Below are positions 16,900 through 29,534 of a stretch of DNA of 64,000 bases, one piece after another (the first letter of the stretch is position 1; the number at the start of each line of letters is the position of its first letter). Source of the DNA: the human T2T-CHM13v2.0 reference genome, Homo sapiens; NCBI GenBank assembly GCA_009914755.4, contig CP068257.2, positions 39,872,001 to 39,936,000 of the forward strand, given 5' to 3'. Both the position numbers and the translations under genes were made by a program. The notes below the pieces were generated by a model that was given only the letters and a program-made list of their open reading frames with translations, did not search any database and was not told where the DNA came from.

Positions 16900-17345
16900 T
16901 ATATCAAGCTCCTGAACCTTCTAGGCCATCTGTGCATTTCCTTGTAAAATCCAGTTTTAGCAAAAAACCTTGCTCAGTCAGTTTAGCCAGAACCTCCCAC
17001 CCTCGGTATCTGATCACTCTGGATATCTGATCGGGTTCCTCAGCCTCCACCGTGCCACAGGTGATGTCTGATCACCCAGCCTGTCTTCAGCAAGAATCCT
17101 GTTTGGTTGGTTTAGCCAGAATCCCCCTTACCCTTGATGTTTTCTCTTTGTGATTTTTCCACCCACCAACCCCACCCTGATCCTTGGTTATAAATTAACT
17201 CCCACTTGCCCATACTGTACTCAAGCGGATCCCAGTCTCTTCTTCCCACTGCAAAATCTGCTGGCTGTGGTCCCTGTACCTGCCTCCGTGGTCCTGAATA
17301 AAGTTCGCTTCACCATTTTAACAAGTCTCATTGGACGATTTTTTT
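16900..17345 (+). mobile_element. Possible solo LTR-like element in intron 1. It has internal direct repeats, an AATAAA signal at about 17297 and a CA terminus before a T-run.
   Basis: The segments gtttagccagaa..cc..ccct..gat recur at about 16981 and 17111. There is ..cctgaataaagttcgcttcaccatttt..aacaagtctca.. I could not assign a family. Confidence 0.3.
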
Positions 17346-18734
17346 TTCTTTAACATGCACCTTCCTGAGCAAATAAAGGGCTTTTTTCCACCCCTTCCCG
17401 CTTGGCTTTAAATGACCAAAGAATATTTTAAGAAACGGGGTTCAAGATTATCCGTCCACAAGACCATGTTCCCAATGAGGGAACAAGAACCTGGAGGAGG
17501 CTCTGGGCTTCGGACCTGGCCAGACCAGTGTCCACTGTCTGTGACATGCCCACAGAAGAATATTTCCCAGTTGCTGGCACAAAGCAGGTGCTCAAACAGC
17601 AGCAGGCAGCACTGGGCAGCGGTTCAGCCCCTGACCTCTGAGACTAGACTCTAGATCCAAACTCAGGCTCAGCCACTCACTCTCCATGACCTGGAGGAAG
17701 CTATTGAAGGTTCTGTGCCTCAGTTTCCCCATCTGCAAATGCAGATAATAGTAACACCTACCTCCAGGGCATTCCATGAGTTAATACTAATGAAGTGCTT
17801 CATGCTTAGCATAAAATGAGTGCTATATAACTTTCCATTAAATAAGAGGAATTATAAAGCTGATAAACATTTAACAACCTGCTGAAGGAAAAGAGGGCTG
17901 TCTTGATTCGCAGGTTTGCCTTCGGTAAGTATTCCCAGGCTACCAACATGAAGCCCACCACGGAGCCAAGTAGAGTGGGGCCGGCTTCAGTACACCATCG
18001 CTTTCCTGTGTCCTAAGCAGAACTGGTTGCTGAATCATTAAACTATAAAACCCCAACAGCCTGCCATGAATGAAAATGAGTATATGGCTTTTTAGTCTCG
18101 AGAAACCTCACCCAACAGGTTACAACAAACATGCACCAATCATTTATTTACTCTTCAATTACAGATAAAAATACAAGAACCAGGTCATGTTGTAGCTTTG
18201 GGACTTTTTCTAGGATTAAAACTAAAGTTCACACCTTCCTGGGTATAAGGAAAGGAAAGTGACTAATGTACAGGTGGGAAGGATCACCATTTAAAATGTA
18301 TCAAAAACGTTTAAGCCTTTTAGCCACATCTTAACAGACCTTGCCTATGTCTGCTTTGTGAAGAGAGAGGATCCTCAGGCTTGACAACACAATAAATCCC
18401 GCATTCTTGTCTCATAAGCAGGACAGAACTCAGTACCATCCTAAGATTGCTTTCAAAGAGTCCTGCCTAACCAAACACATCCTCATGCCTCTGGTTTCTC
18501 GGCTCTCCTATCTCCCCAGTTACAGGTTTGGTTGAAGTTTCAGGAAGTGAAAATTCGATCCCATTGGCAGCTCTCCCAGCTCAGAAGCCCTCTGAAAGGA
18601 GTGAAGAATCAATACTCAAAACCCACACTTGCTATTCATTCACGATCCCTAACAAGGAAGCCAGGGAAGGAAGGAACACCGGGAGCCACCACCATTAATT
18701 GTCAAATAAAAGCCATGGGACCCAGAGGCAGTCA

Positions 18735-19277
<543 letters not shown>

Positions 19278-22200
19278 TCACATTCAGTCCTGTTCATCTT
19301 CAAAACAGGCATTTCCTCATTCACACAAGCTTGTACATCGCATTAACTCATTTCTGAAAGGAGCAAGACGTAAAGTAGATGGCGAGAGACAATGCTGTTT
19401 AGCGAATGCTTGCTCCTGTCATTTAAAGGACCGGGATGATGGCTCTCAATTCTGGAAAGCCAGCCACCATGAGCACTTGGGGAAATTTTCCTTTAAGTGT
19501 GAAAGAGCAACAGTGGGTGGCACTCAGGCTCCATTCCTGGCTGGCAGGGAGCTCTTCCTTCAATACAGACAGTGTCACCCACTTGAATCTCACAATGGCA
19601 CACAGCTGTCCTCGCACTGTTTTGGTCCATCCTGGACTGAGAGCTGAGTCAGCCCATGAGTCACCTGCCTGGCCACCATGCAGCAGGACGATGCTGTGGC
19701 ATCGTATCCGCATCCCATGACATGATGAAGTTACTGCCAAAACAAGAATCTTTTCTCCTAGTTTCTCTCCTCTGGAGATCTCAGGACACGTTTACTGGAG
19801 ACTTACTTTCCAAACAACCAAGCCAACGCGAATGAAGTTAGGCTTGTAGACACTGACTCCCACCCAAGATCCAGGGGTATTCTCTGCAATGAAGTCTCCA
19901 CTGACCTCACCGTGCACCATTGTGCACACACCTTCTCCTTCTCGAAGCCCCCACCTGTGACTGGTACGGTTCGAGTTGCTGGAGGTGTGAGAGGGAACAG
20001 ACAGCCTCAGACTCAGTGCCCCTTCTTCAAAATCCAGACAGCACCACCACCACCATCCACGGACACATCCCAGCCAATGACCAAATCATCAAAAAGAGCC
20101 CTTTATGCCAAAATAACCGCACTAATATCACATTATACAACGAGATGTTCTATCCTCCTAAGGATAGAATGCATGACTAAATGAGTTAGCCAACAGTGGA
20201 TTTCAGTGGCTGTTCAGCAGAAACTTGTTTATGTATAATCAGGTAAATTGCATACACAATGATTGGCACAAGAGTTCTACTGAGAGAGAAAGGTTGAGCG
20301 AGAAACAGAAAGATCACCTTAGGAGAGGTATTGCCTGCATCATCCAAGTTTCTTTTCCTGTGAATGACTCATTGTCCCAAAGAGATTACAAACTTTTTAG
20401 GGCAGATATCAGGTCTGGTTCTCTCTCTTTCTGTTTGTTTTTTAAATCTCACTTTGTAGCTTACAAAGACAGTATTTAAATGTTTTTATGGAGTTCTTAC
20501 CACCTGTACCCCAAAAACTATTGGGGAAAAATTAATAAGCATGTTTGGCAAAGTTGAGGGATACAAGATCAATATAAAAATCTATGTGTTTTTATATACC
20601 AACAACAGATGATCGGAAATGTAAATTTGAAATACAATGCAATTTGCAGGAAAAAATATATATTTTTTGAGTTCCAAAGGCCAAATGAGTAAGATGAAAT
20701 TTAGCAGAGGGCGATAAGATGCCCACACCCAGACAACACCAGCAGCCCAAGTCAGGACAGTGGGTGACCTCCCAGGAGTCCAGGTGCCTCAAGCTGAGTG
20801 CAACCTGGCATGACAGGCAGGCAGGCGGCAGAGGCCCTCAGGTCACTCCAGGCGGAGACTTCAACACCACACACAAGCCACTGGCTGAGGCTTAAAGAAC
20901 TTGTCCAAGTCAATCTGTAAAATGGGGATGATACAGAAATAGGGTTGTTGCAGGGATTAAGTGAGAAAGCAAGGCCGTAGCTCAGTGCCCAACCCATGGT
21001 GAGCACTCAATAATAACATAATGATGGCAGATAAGGTTTATCTTCCAACACGTAAGAGCCGGCTATGTGGAAAAGGAATTCAGTTTATTCTGCATACATC
21101 CAAAGGACAATACCAGAATCATGATCAGAATTTCCAGAAGAGCAGGCTTGGATTCTATCTGGGGAAATCAAGGTTCCAACAATTAGAAAGTTCACATATG
21201 GCCTGGAGCTACCTTAGAATGTACCGAATTCCTCAAACCTAAAAATGTATGTTTCAAGACTGGAGGATCATTTCTCCAACATATTCCAGAACAGAATTAG
21301 GCTTGAGCATCAAGACCAGACATAGTGATCTTTCATATTACTCCCAACTCCTTATAAATGCATCATCACCAGTGAACTTGAAAATGTCAGCAAATTCTCT
21401 GTTATCAGTATCTTGCACAAAGAACTCCAAGCCCATCGTCCCTAGAAAGCATGGTCTCCCATGACCCCTGGGCTATACTGCAGTGGGGTCAGGCTGAGTG
21501 CCCCGCCAGGACAGCCCCTTGGAAAGCAATGGCCTTAAAGGGAATTTGACACTGCATTGTGCACCTCGTACAAACAAGCAATAATAAAAAGCCTCAGCTT
21601 AGTTCCATCTGCCAAGTCAGACCTCGCTTGAAAATATTTTTCTAACAAATCCAATTGTCACAACCTCTCATTCTGAGTCCCACTTGACAGCCCCGATTTT
21701 TCCACCTAGTCTGCCCTTGAGTGAACTTCCAGACTTCTGCTGCCACAACCACAAGCCAAGGTGCCCTTCAAACACTTCCTGCTTTCTTACCACAACTCTG
21801 TGCCCTAAACTCCTCCTGCCCTCCTGCCATGGATGCCCAATGGCTCAGCGCCATCCACACATAGATGTCAGAGCCCTCACCTCCCTCTCCCAGACTCACC
21901 TCCAGGAGGATGAAAAGCCTGTCTTCGAGTTTCCTGCCCTCTCAAACTTCACTCTGTTTACAACAAAAGTAACCACCCACACCCCTGCCAGAAAACCAGC
22001 CTCGACTCCCAACCAGCGCATTTCCACTCATTCAGTTCCTCTCTCCTGACCATTGCTCAGCAACCAGGAATAACCAAGTCCCAGATCAGGCTCTGCCTCC
22101 TCCTGGAGCCCAGCCTCTGTTCTAGGTCATGCTGAAGAGCTGCCTGTGTGCTCAACCAAGCTGCTACCCTGTCACAGATCCCCCTTTTGCTCCTCCTTGG

Positions 22201-25200
22201 GTGTCCACAGGCTCGGTGGGGCCAAGGTGGTCAATGGCCATGGGGACATCATAAGCCCCCTTCTTCACACCCAGGCCCATACCCCTGGTGCTTGCAAGTC
22301 AGGGCTTCCCAAATCACCCTTAGGGCCAGGAGGGGCCCCACAAAGGCTGACTCCATACAGGCCTCAGCTCTCAGGTACATAATGCTCCTGCACCCCAATC
22401 CTGAGGCCACGCAGTGCATCCCATATTGGAGGATCCCCTGGCAGGTGTCCTGGAAAGTAAGGAGGGGCGGGGAAGAGTAGCAAAGGCCTGGTGACTGTGG
22501 GATGAGGGACACTCAGGGAGTGCAGAGCAGGAGGGACCAGAGAGCAGAAATGCACCTGGGCCTTCAATGCTCCTGGGCTCTCTGGTTCCCCACAGGGAGC
22601 TCTCCCTGCCCTCACTCTCCCCACTAGCAAGGCCACTTTCCAAGTCTTCAGCAACCAAAACTGAACAAGCACTCCATTGACCATTCACCTTTCCTTTCTA
22701 CCTCAATGTCCAAGGCTTAGATCTGATCAGTGCTCCCCAAACCCAGAATTTTCAAGAGGGCTTAGAAAAATAAATAAATAAATAAGATGCCTGGGCCCCA
22801 TTCTCAGAGTCTGATGTAATAATTGGGACCAAGGCAATGATCCCATATTATTACGAAGATCCCCTAGGGAATCTTGCCGCAGATTCAGGTGGAAAAGGGT
22901 AAGAGTTATCAGCCAGACTTTTGGTTTACATTTCCTGGTAGGGGGACAACACACTCGGATGATGATGATCGTGGTGGTGGTGGTTACTGGCATAAGGTAC
23001 TGCACGCATCTACCTTTTCACCTACAGGACATTTGCACCAGCGTCTTGTCACTCAATGCCCCCATGGCCTAGGAGGTCAGCCCTCCGCAGGCCCCCTTTC
23101 AGAGTTCCAGGCACTCTGGCCATGTCATACTGCTAGAGGGAGCAGCACGGAGCCCAGGTAGGGCTGTGGGCAGGGGCTGGGCTCTTTCAGGTCGGGGAGA
23201 ACCAGAGCCTGGCCCAGGAACAAGCCCTTTTCAATCAGGATTCCGGGCGCCTTGTTTCCAGCTTCCTTCCCTCCTTTCCTCCACTTGCTGGTAACATTCC
23301 AACATCCTGGAGGGAGAACCCAGGGAAGGATCAAAAGGAATCCGTACTGTGCCGATTGTCACTAAAGCCCCTTCTAAGCATCCTGTGTCTCCAACTCAGA
23401 GCCCGACACTGGAAGCACTGACCTATGGAGCCAGACAGGCCATGTTTATCCCCAGTTCTGCCCCTTACAGGTTACAAGATCTTGGACAAGCTTCCCAACC
23501 TCTCTTCCCCAGTTTCCTTACAATTGAGTTAAGTACATTATAAAGGGTTTGCAATGATGCCTGGCTGAAAAAAGTGCCACATCAATGTCTGTGGTTATTA
23601 TTATAATGCCAGTGCAGCCAAATATACTCCTACAATTAAGGTGACTTGAGTTCAAGATAGAGTGGCCAACGGTGCCAGGCAGGCCAGCACCTAGCAACCT
23701 GGGAGGCCCTGCCTGAGGCTCCAGCAACAGCACAAGCTTGTTGTTAGAAGGTTGTCCTTGGCTGGTGGGAATAAGGGAAGCTGCTGGGGACCAAACAAAT
23801 GTCCAAGCAGAGAACAAAAGCCCAGCCAGCTCACCAGCTGATAATTAAAAATAACCAGAGGCCGAGGTGTAGATGGCCATCTCCAGGCAGAGGTCTCAGC
23901 CCGTAGGTTGCACCCCGAACTCTCCAGCCTAGTGTGTCCTTACCCGAGGGTGTTGCTAGGTTTCATTCTAACCTCACCTGTCCAGTAGTTCTGTAGCGGA
24001 GCAGGGCAGGTCCTACTTCTTCAAAAGCACTCAGTAAAGGTGGGGAAGTCCTGAGCAACCTCCAGTGACTTTCTGGGGGAGCTCCCGGTTACCTAGCCCA
24101 CCAGGTCCTCCCTTCACAGCAGCAGCTCAGGAGCCAGGACTGACTTAGCTACTTGCGTCCCCAAGGCCCTTTGCGCTGGTAAACTCTCCCTGCCACACTC
24201 CCAACCCCCATCCTTCCTTCAGGGGAGGCTGGCTGCATCCCCACTTCCTGGAGTACCTTCCCAGATCTCCTGGGACAGGTCAACAAACTTAGTCTCACTT
24301 TAGGTTTTCCAAATGCCTTGTAACTGGGCTGCGTAGCCTTTGTAATTTTCCATGATTCGGGAGGTTCTCGCGGCTGGGAGCTCCGTGAGGTCAGGCATTG
24401 CCTTGGGCGCGATGCGCTCATCTTTCCCGCGGGACCACTGCACAGGTTCGCACGGAGGGAAGGGCTGCGCAGCCTCGAAGGCGAGCCCTGGGTGCTCCCT
24501 GCCCACAGGGCTCACCTCGGGCCGCCGTGCTATCCTTTCCTTCCCAAACAAGCCACCAGGATTCCTCGTGATTAGGGCTGCCACCAGGGCGTTCTGAACA
24601 GGATTCAGGGCCACCGCGCTGTGCTCTACGGCGGAGCGGGCGAAGGCCCTCCTCTGCCACAAGCGCTCAGGGCTCTCGGCGCACAAACTTTCTGGACATG
24701 GGGCAGTTTTTCAGCTGGACCCGTGCTCGAGCAGAGCGCCCACTGCCAGACTGGAGCACTTGACCACTCAGGGTGCCACTGTGCCGAGCCGGGCAGGACA
24801 GGATGAGGTGGACCGAAGCGCCCAGGTGCCCCGCCTTCCCCCCAACCCGGCACGGAGCGCAAGCGGAGGAGCCAGACCGGCTCCTCCCGGGCGGGTTCCT
24901 GCCGGTGCCGGGTGTCCAGGAGGCCCCGGCCCTGATCGCCGCCAGCGGGTCGCCGCAACGGGGCCTGAGTCGCGAGCAGTCCCTCCCCGAGACTGACTGG
25001 CCGTTCGCACCTCGCCCGGGGGCCCTCCAGCAGCCTGGCCCAGCGGTCCCCGCCGCGCCGGCCGTATCGTTCCCGGCATCTCAGCGAGTTTCCAGTTTCT
25101 CCCTACCTCAGTAGGGAACCAAGAAGCAGAAGGAGTTCAGGTAACACTGCGGGACTGCAGAGATTTCCCCCAAACAAAGAAGCCAACCGACAGCACTCCC

Positions 25201-25482
25201 AGTCCTCCTACCCAAAGAGAAAAGGCGCACCGGTGCTCCCAGGCGGGGGCCGTGGAGGGCAGGCGGACTAGGAGCCAGCTTTGGGGACCCCGGGGGACTC
25301 TCTTCCACCAACTGGCTAGGGACTCGCAGGACCACCTGCCCCAACCTCGCGATGCCAAGCCAACAGGGGCGGCGAGGGCTCTCGGCCGTGCGCAAGGGGT
25401 CCCAGGCGCCCAGCACTCTCCCAGCACCCCGGGAGGCGCCCTGCCCGGCTGGCCCCAGCGCTCGACCCTCGGGCGCACTCAC

Positions 25483-25537
25483 CTGCCGCGCCGCGCTCCT
25501 CACACCCGCTTTCACCTCCGGGCGGGGCAGGGGGCAT
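25483..25537 (-). CDS. TMPRSS2: Coding part of the alternative first exon of TMPRSS2 isoform 1. It encodes the N-terminal extension MPPAPPGGESGCEERGAA(G). The ATG is at 25535-25537 on the minus strand. The 5' UTR extent of this exon is unknown.
   Basis: Minus-strand ORF (25316..25537) begins MPPAPPGGESGCEERGAAG. The donor GCGGCAG|GTGAGTGCG sits right after GAAG with phase 1. That phase fits the GT of exon 2 to give G-H-I-E-H. This matches the known longer TMPRSS2 isoform. Confidence 0.7.
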
Positions 25538-25613
25538 CGGCGGGTCCCAGGCGCCCAGGTTCCCCTCCCCAGCCCGGACCCCGAGCCGGGACCCTGGTAC
25601 CGGCGCCGCTCAC

Positions 25614-25693
25614 CTGCCGCGCTCCAGGCGGCGCTCCCCGCCCCTCGCCCTCCGCCTCCGCCTCCGCCTCCTGCTTAGCTCGCGCCTACTAGG
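25614..25693 (-). other. TMPRSS2: TMPRSS2 canonical exon 1. It is non-coding 5' UTR, and it is the exon fused to ERG in prostate cancer. The 5' end (TSS) is approximate.
   Basis: The reverse complement reads ..TAGGCGCGAGCTAAGCAGGAGGCGGAGGCGGAGGCGGAGGGCGAGGGGCGGGGAGCGCCGCCTGGAGCGCGGCAG|GTGAGCGG. I recognise this sequence as the 3' end of TMPRSS2 exon 1, the TMPRSS2-ERG fusion junction. Confidence 0.85.
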
Positions 25694-25832
25694 CCCGGCC
25701 CGCCCTGGCTCTCGCTTTAATCTCAGGAGGCGGTGTCCCAGGGTCCAGGGCGACACCCCCAAGCGGGTCGCGGGTCACCCTGGGCGGGCGGGGGCGGGGG
25801 CGGCGGGAGGAGGCGTTTCCCAAGGGAAGTCC

Positions 25833-25850
25833 GGGACGGGTTCCCTGCCT
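25833..25850 (-). promoter_or_regulatory. Candidate promoter-proximal imperfect palindrome GGGACGggtTCCCTG, at about -145 to -160 from the TSS. It is a possible ARE-like site.
   Basis: Window + strand: ccGGGACGggtTCCCTGcc. Gene strand: CAGGGAaccCGTCCC. As I recall it, TMPRSS2 promoter work reported an ARE near -148. The distance from my inferred TSS (about 25693) is about 145-155 bp. Confidence 0.3.
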
Positions 25851-26800
25851 GGCTCAACCCCGGCTGCGGAGGGACCCATAAGGGACTCTGGGGCGCTTCC
25901 CGGGCCCGGCCACAGCGGCCAACCTGCCCCTCTCCGGTCCGCGGCGCAGCGCTGCCCGAGGGCTCGAGTTTGGGTTAAGGAAGGGGATTCTGGGGAGCGC
26001 TCCTGGAGTCCTGGGTGAGCCCCCGGAGCTGCTACCTCACGAGCTCCTGTAGGCGGCCGGCCCCGTCTTGGCCTCCGGGGAACCCACTGTAGCCTCTGGG
26101 CAAGGACCCAGGGTAGGCCTTGGGGACTGCTGGCCCAAGCACGAGTGGCGGGGACACAGCGCCGGACGCCCAAGACCCTCCCCAGTCCGCCTAGGCTGGC
26201 ATTTCTTGGCCCCCACCAGCGTCCGGTGGAAAGGGCTCCCCCGGATGGTCCCAGGTCTCTCGGCACCACCGGCCAGGGCGGGAGTGAGGAAGTGGTGGGA
26301 CACACCTCAGCCAGGAAGACGTGGCTGTTCCCGGGCACTTGAGAGGTTCTTTCTAATGTTTGCAATTGTGGGGGCTCAGAATTCACCAGAATTTAATAGG
26401 ACCGTAGACCAGAATTCATCACCCCAAGTAGGACTGGAGGAGACCAGAATCTGCTACCCCAACATAGTCCTCTTTGGCACATTGATGATTTGGAACTGGT
26501 TATGTTGAGGAACTGCAGACACCAGAGTACCTCTGAGAAAATGCCCTTTTGTAAAGGAAATTTGCACCTATAAAGGAAATGTTTGTTAGTCAGCAGATCT
26601 GTACCAGGAAGAGAGCTGTTCCCGGACAACTTTTATCACCTGGGAAACTTTTATCTGCCTCACACGGCAACCTGCGTTCACCAGACACCTCCTCTCCTCA
26701 CGCTCCCCTCACTCCTCCACCGCTCCCCAGAAGCCTCAAACCCCCATTTCTTTCTGTCACTCAGAGTGACAGATAAGCCTCAATCATCGGGCTGCTGCAC

Positions 26801-27106
26801 CTTTTTTTTTTCGTGTGTTTTTTTTTCCCCCAGAAGGGGTCTCACTCTGTTGCCCAGGTTGGAGTGCAGTGGCTCAATCATGGCTCATGGCAGCTTCAAC
26901 CTCCCAGGGCACAAGTAATCCTCCCACCTCAGCCTCCCGAGTAGCTGGGACTAGAGGCGTGTGCCACCACGCCCAGCTAATTTAATTTTTTGTAGAGATG
27001 GGGGTCTCCCTATGTTGCCCAGACTGGTCTCCAATCTGGGCTCAAGCGATCCACCTGCCTTGGCCTCCCAAAGTGCTGGGATTACAGGTGTGAGCCCCCG
27101 CACTGG
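26801..27106 (-). mobile_element. Alu (SINE), about 1.1 kb upstream of the TSS.
   Basis: T-rich start then GGGGTCTCACTCTGTTGCCCAGGTTGGAGTGCAGTGG.. to ..GGGATTACAGGTGTGAGCCCCCGCACTGGACC. Confidence 0.88.
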
Positions 27107-27699
27107 ACCCCTCACTCACCTGGCCTGTTCTTTAAGTCTCATATTCTTGTGGGATTCCCATCTGTGAGTACATACATTAAAACAGCTTTTCTCCTGTTCA
27201 TCTATTTGATGCCAATTTAATTTGTAGACTAGCTGAACGAACTAGAAGGGTAGAGGGGAAGCATGTTTTCTCCTCCCCTGCATAATATACAAATCAACAT
27301 GATTTGCTTTAAAATGAGGTGGAAGCAGAAAAAAGCCCCATTCAGTCCCATCCCAGGCTGCCTTGGCTCACTGCTCCCTTCCTGGGAAGCTCTCCCGGAA
27401 GCCTCCTGTGGGGCAGGACTTTCCTAGTAAACCCTTCCCTCTCACTCCCTCCTTTGGCACCTTTTGTGGTCTGCTGGTGGCACCCACAACAGGGATTGTC
27501 CCCAATATGCCCCAGCCCTCCCCATCCCCCACACTGCCCTGCGCTCTGCCCCAGTGGGAAACCCTCAAAGACCCTCTCCAGCACATAGGGCAGGTGCAGT
27601 TGTCTTTCAGCGGCAACTCACTTATTTCTGTCTTGACAGTGTGTTTGGTGCCTACTAATTCCACCCAGAAACCAGGGAGTAAGTGCTGCCGCAGACTCA

Positions 27700-28432
27700 G
27701 GCCTCTTGGAGTGGTTGTTCATTCACCATTTATTTTTCCTTTTATATTAATAATCAGGGTTCTCCAGAGAAACAGAAACAATAGGAGAAATACAAATATA
27801 TACACACATATACATATGCACACACATGTATATACACACATCTATATTTCTATATATTATTTATAAATATTATAAATATCTTATATATTATAAATACATA
27901 TAAATATATACATAAACATGTATTTTATATGCATAATATAATACAGATATGATATATATTATACACAGCTTATATGTAATAAATATTATTTATAATATAT
28001 ATAAAGATTTACTATAAGAAATTGACTCATACAATTACGGAGGGTGAGAAGCTCTACAATCTGCCATCTACAGACTGGAGACCCAGGAAAGCTGGTGTTG
28101 TAGCTTTCAAAGTCCTGAGAGCCAGAGAACTAGAGAGCAGATGGAACAGATTCCAGTCCAGGTCTGAAGGCCTGAGAACCAGGAGTGCTGAGGGCAGGAG
28201 AGGATCAAAGTCCAGCTCACACAGTCAGGCAGAGAGCAAATTCAACCTTCCTCCCCTTTTCTGTTCTATTCAGGCTCTCAACCGATTGCCCAAATTGAAG
28301 GCAATCAGCATTACACAGTCTTTTCAAACATTAATCTCTTCCAAAAACACCCTCACACGCAGACACCCAGAAATAATGTTTAACCAGTTACCTGGGCATC
28401 CCATGACCAAGTCAGCTTGACACATAAAATTA
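27700..28432 (-). mobile_element. MaLR LTR (MLT1-like). It includes a TA/CA-rich simple-repeat stretch at 27780-28010.
   Basis: 28030-28432 is the reverse complement of the MLT1 consensus: ..TGTGATGGTTAATTTTATGTGTCAA..GGGATGCCCAGATAGCTGGTAAAACATTATTTCTGGGTGTGTC..CAGCTTGCAGA..GGCAGATTGTGGGA. The AT-rich tract matches the TA-rich end of MLT1. Confidence 0.75.
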
Positions 28433-28437
28433 ACCAT

Positions 28438-28715
28438 GGCTGGATGCAGTGGCTCCCACCTGTAATCCCACCATTTAGAAGGCTGAAGTGGGAGGATCTC
28501 TTGAGCCCAGGAGTTTGAGACTAGCCTGGACACCATAGCAAGATCCTGCCTCTACAAAAAGTTTATTAAAAATTAGCCAAGTGTGGTGGTGCGCACCCGT
28601 AGCCCAAGGTACTTGGGAGGCTAAAGTGAGAGGATCAGTTGAGCCCAGGAGTTTGAGGCTGCAGTGAGCTTTGATTGTGCCACTGTACTCCAGCTTGTAT
28701 GACAGAATGTGACCT
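28438..28715 (+). mobile_element. Alu (SINE), older and with no clear poly-A.
   Basis: GGCTGGATGCAGTGGCTCCCACCTGTAATCCCACCATTTAGAAGGCTGAAGTGGGAGGATC.. to ..CTGTACTCCAGCTTGTATGACAGAATGTGACC. Confidence 0.85.
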
Positions 28716-29266
28716 TAGTTTTATCTAAGCATGAATATATATGCCACCATAAGTTGACCCCTTGTCGACTTCACACCTACACATCTCCTTACACCATACT
28801 TTATCTCTAAAGACAATAGCAAAGTAATAATTTTGCCTAATGTGATAAAACTCTTCTGCATACAACCAAAAAATGCACTAAGCCCTTCCCCAGAAGTGGA
28901 TGTAAAATTCTCCAGTGTTTACACTTCTCCTTGGTATTCCATAACTTAAATACCATAATGTAAAATTAACAATACTTAATACAATGATATAAAGTCAATA
29001 TGCCTTAAGTTATGTAATAAAGGAATATGAGAGAAAAGACAACAGAGATATATACTGTATATACAAATATGTGCACAAATGTATTTAGAAAAAAATAATG
29101 AGAAAATACTCGTGACAATCTAATGCTTTATAACAGGTTGCATGGGCAATAGCTGGTGTTTGTAACTGTCTTCTTCCACTACCCACTCTGCGTTCCCTCT
29201 GCCTTCGGGAAGCATGACAGCTGGTCATGGTTCTTAACCTGATGGAGTGATACAAACCTTCATTCC

Positions 29267-29461
29267 TCAAGGGTCTGGGCCATTAATAGCCCTGCCTGGA
29301 TTGTGTTGTAGTTTTCCATTGACCTTAATCACAAGCATGGTAAAACTAAAAGATGCCCTAAGGAATCGTTGTATTCCAGACACACTCTTCCTTACCTTCC
29401 TGGTGGAGTAGAAGTAGTCTATAGCTTCTCCTTGGTAGTCCAGATGGGTCTCCCCAGCCAA
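29267..29461 (-). pseudogene. ERV dUTPase-like fragment at the 3' end of pol.
   Basis: ORF ..GETHLDYQGEAIDYF..LVIKVNGKLQ.. resembles dUTPase motif III (G.ID.DYRGE). Confidence 0.45.
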
Positions 29462-29534
29462 TGCATAACTCTCTCTTTGCCTTTTGATTCAGAGGCATGT
29501 GGAGCTCAGCGTGGCCAGGTGGCAGTCGTAAATT

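Larger units (their letters stand above)
24330..26330 (-). promoter_or_regulatory. TMPRSS2: CpG island / TMPRSS2 promoter. It spans both first exons and the proximal upstream region. It is TATA-less and has GC boxes (GGGGCGGGG).
   Basis: Very high G+C and dense CpG from about 24.3 to 26.3 kb. The region contains both first exons. There is an Sp1-like GC box at about 25648-25656 and no obvious TATA. Confidence 0.8.

Noticed and set aside
19436-19720. + strand ORF beginning MMALNSGKPATM.., which resembles the TMPRSS2 N-terminus MALNSGSPPA.
   Set aside because: It is on the wrong strand and inside intron 1. Nucleotide-level similarity to exon 2/3 is poor (identical only over ATGGCT), so it is a chance amino-acid resemblance. 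The true start codon is at 15666-15668 on the minus strand.
19430-19720. Possible additional MaLR/old repeat in intron 1 (..ggctctcaattctggaaagccagccaccatgagcacttgg.. ..catcccatgacatgatgaagttactgcc).
   Set aside because: It has the look of an old interspersed repeat, but I could not align it convincingly to any consensus I know, so it is left unannotated.
25108-26386. Several long GC-rich ORFs in the CpG island and proximal promoter (for example 25775..26386 on the minus strand, 203 aa; 25252..25692 on the plus strand, 146 aa).
   Set aside because: Stop-codon depletion in about 75% GC sequence. The translations are Pro/Gly/Arg/Ala-rich and match no protein. Only 25483-25537 on the minus strand matches the known isoform-1 extension.
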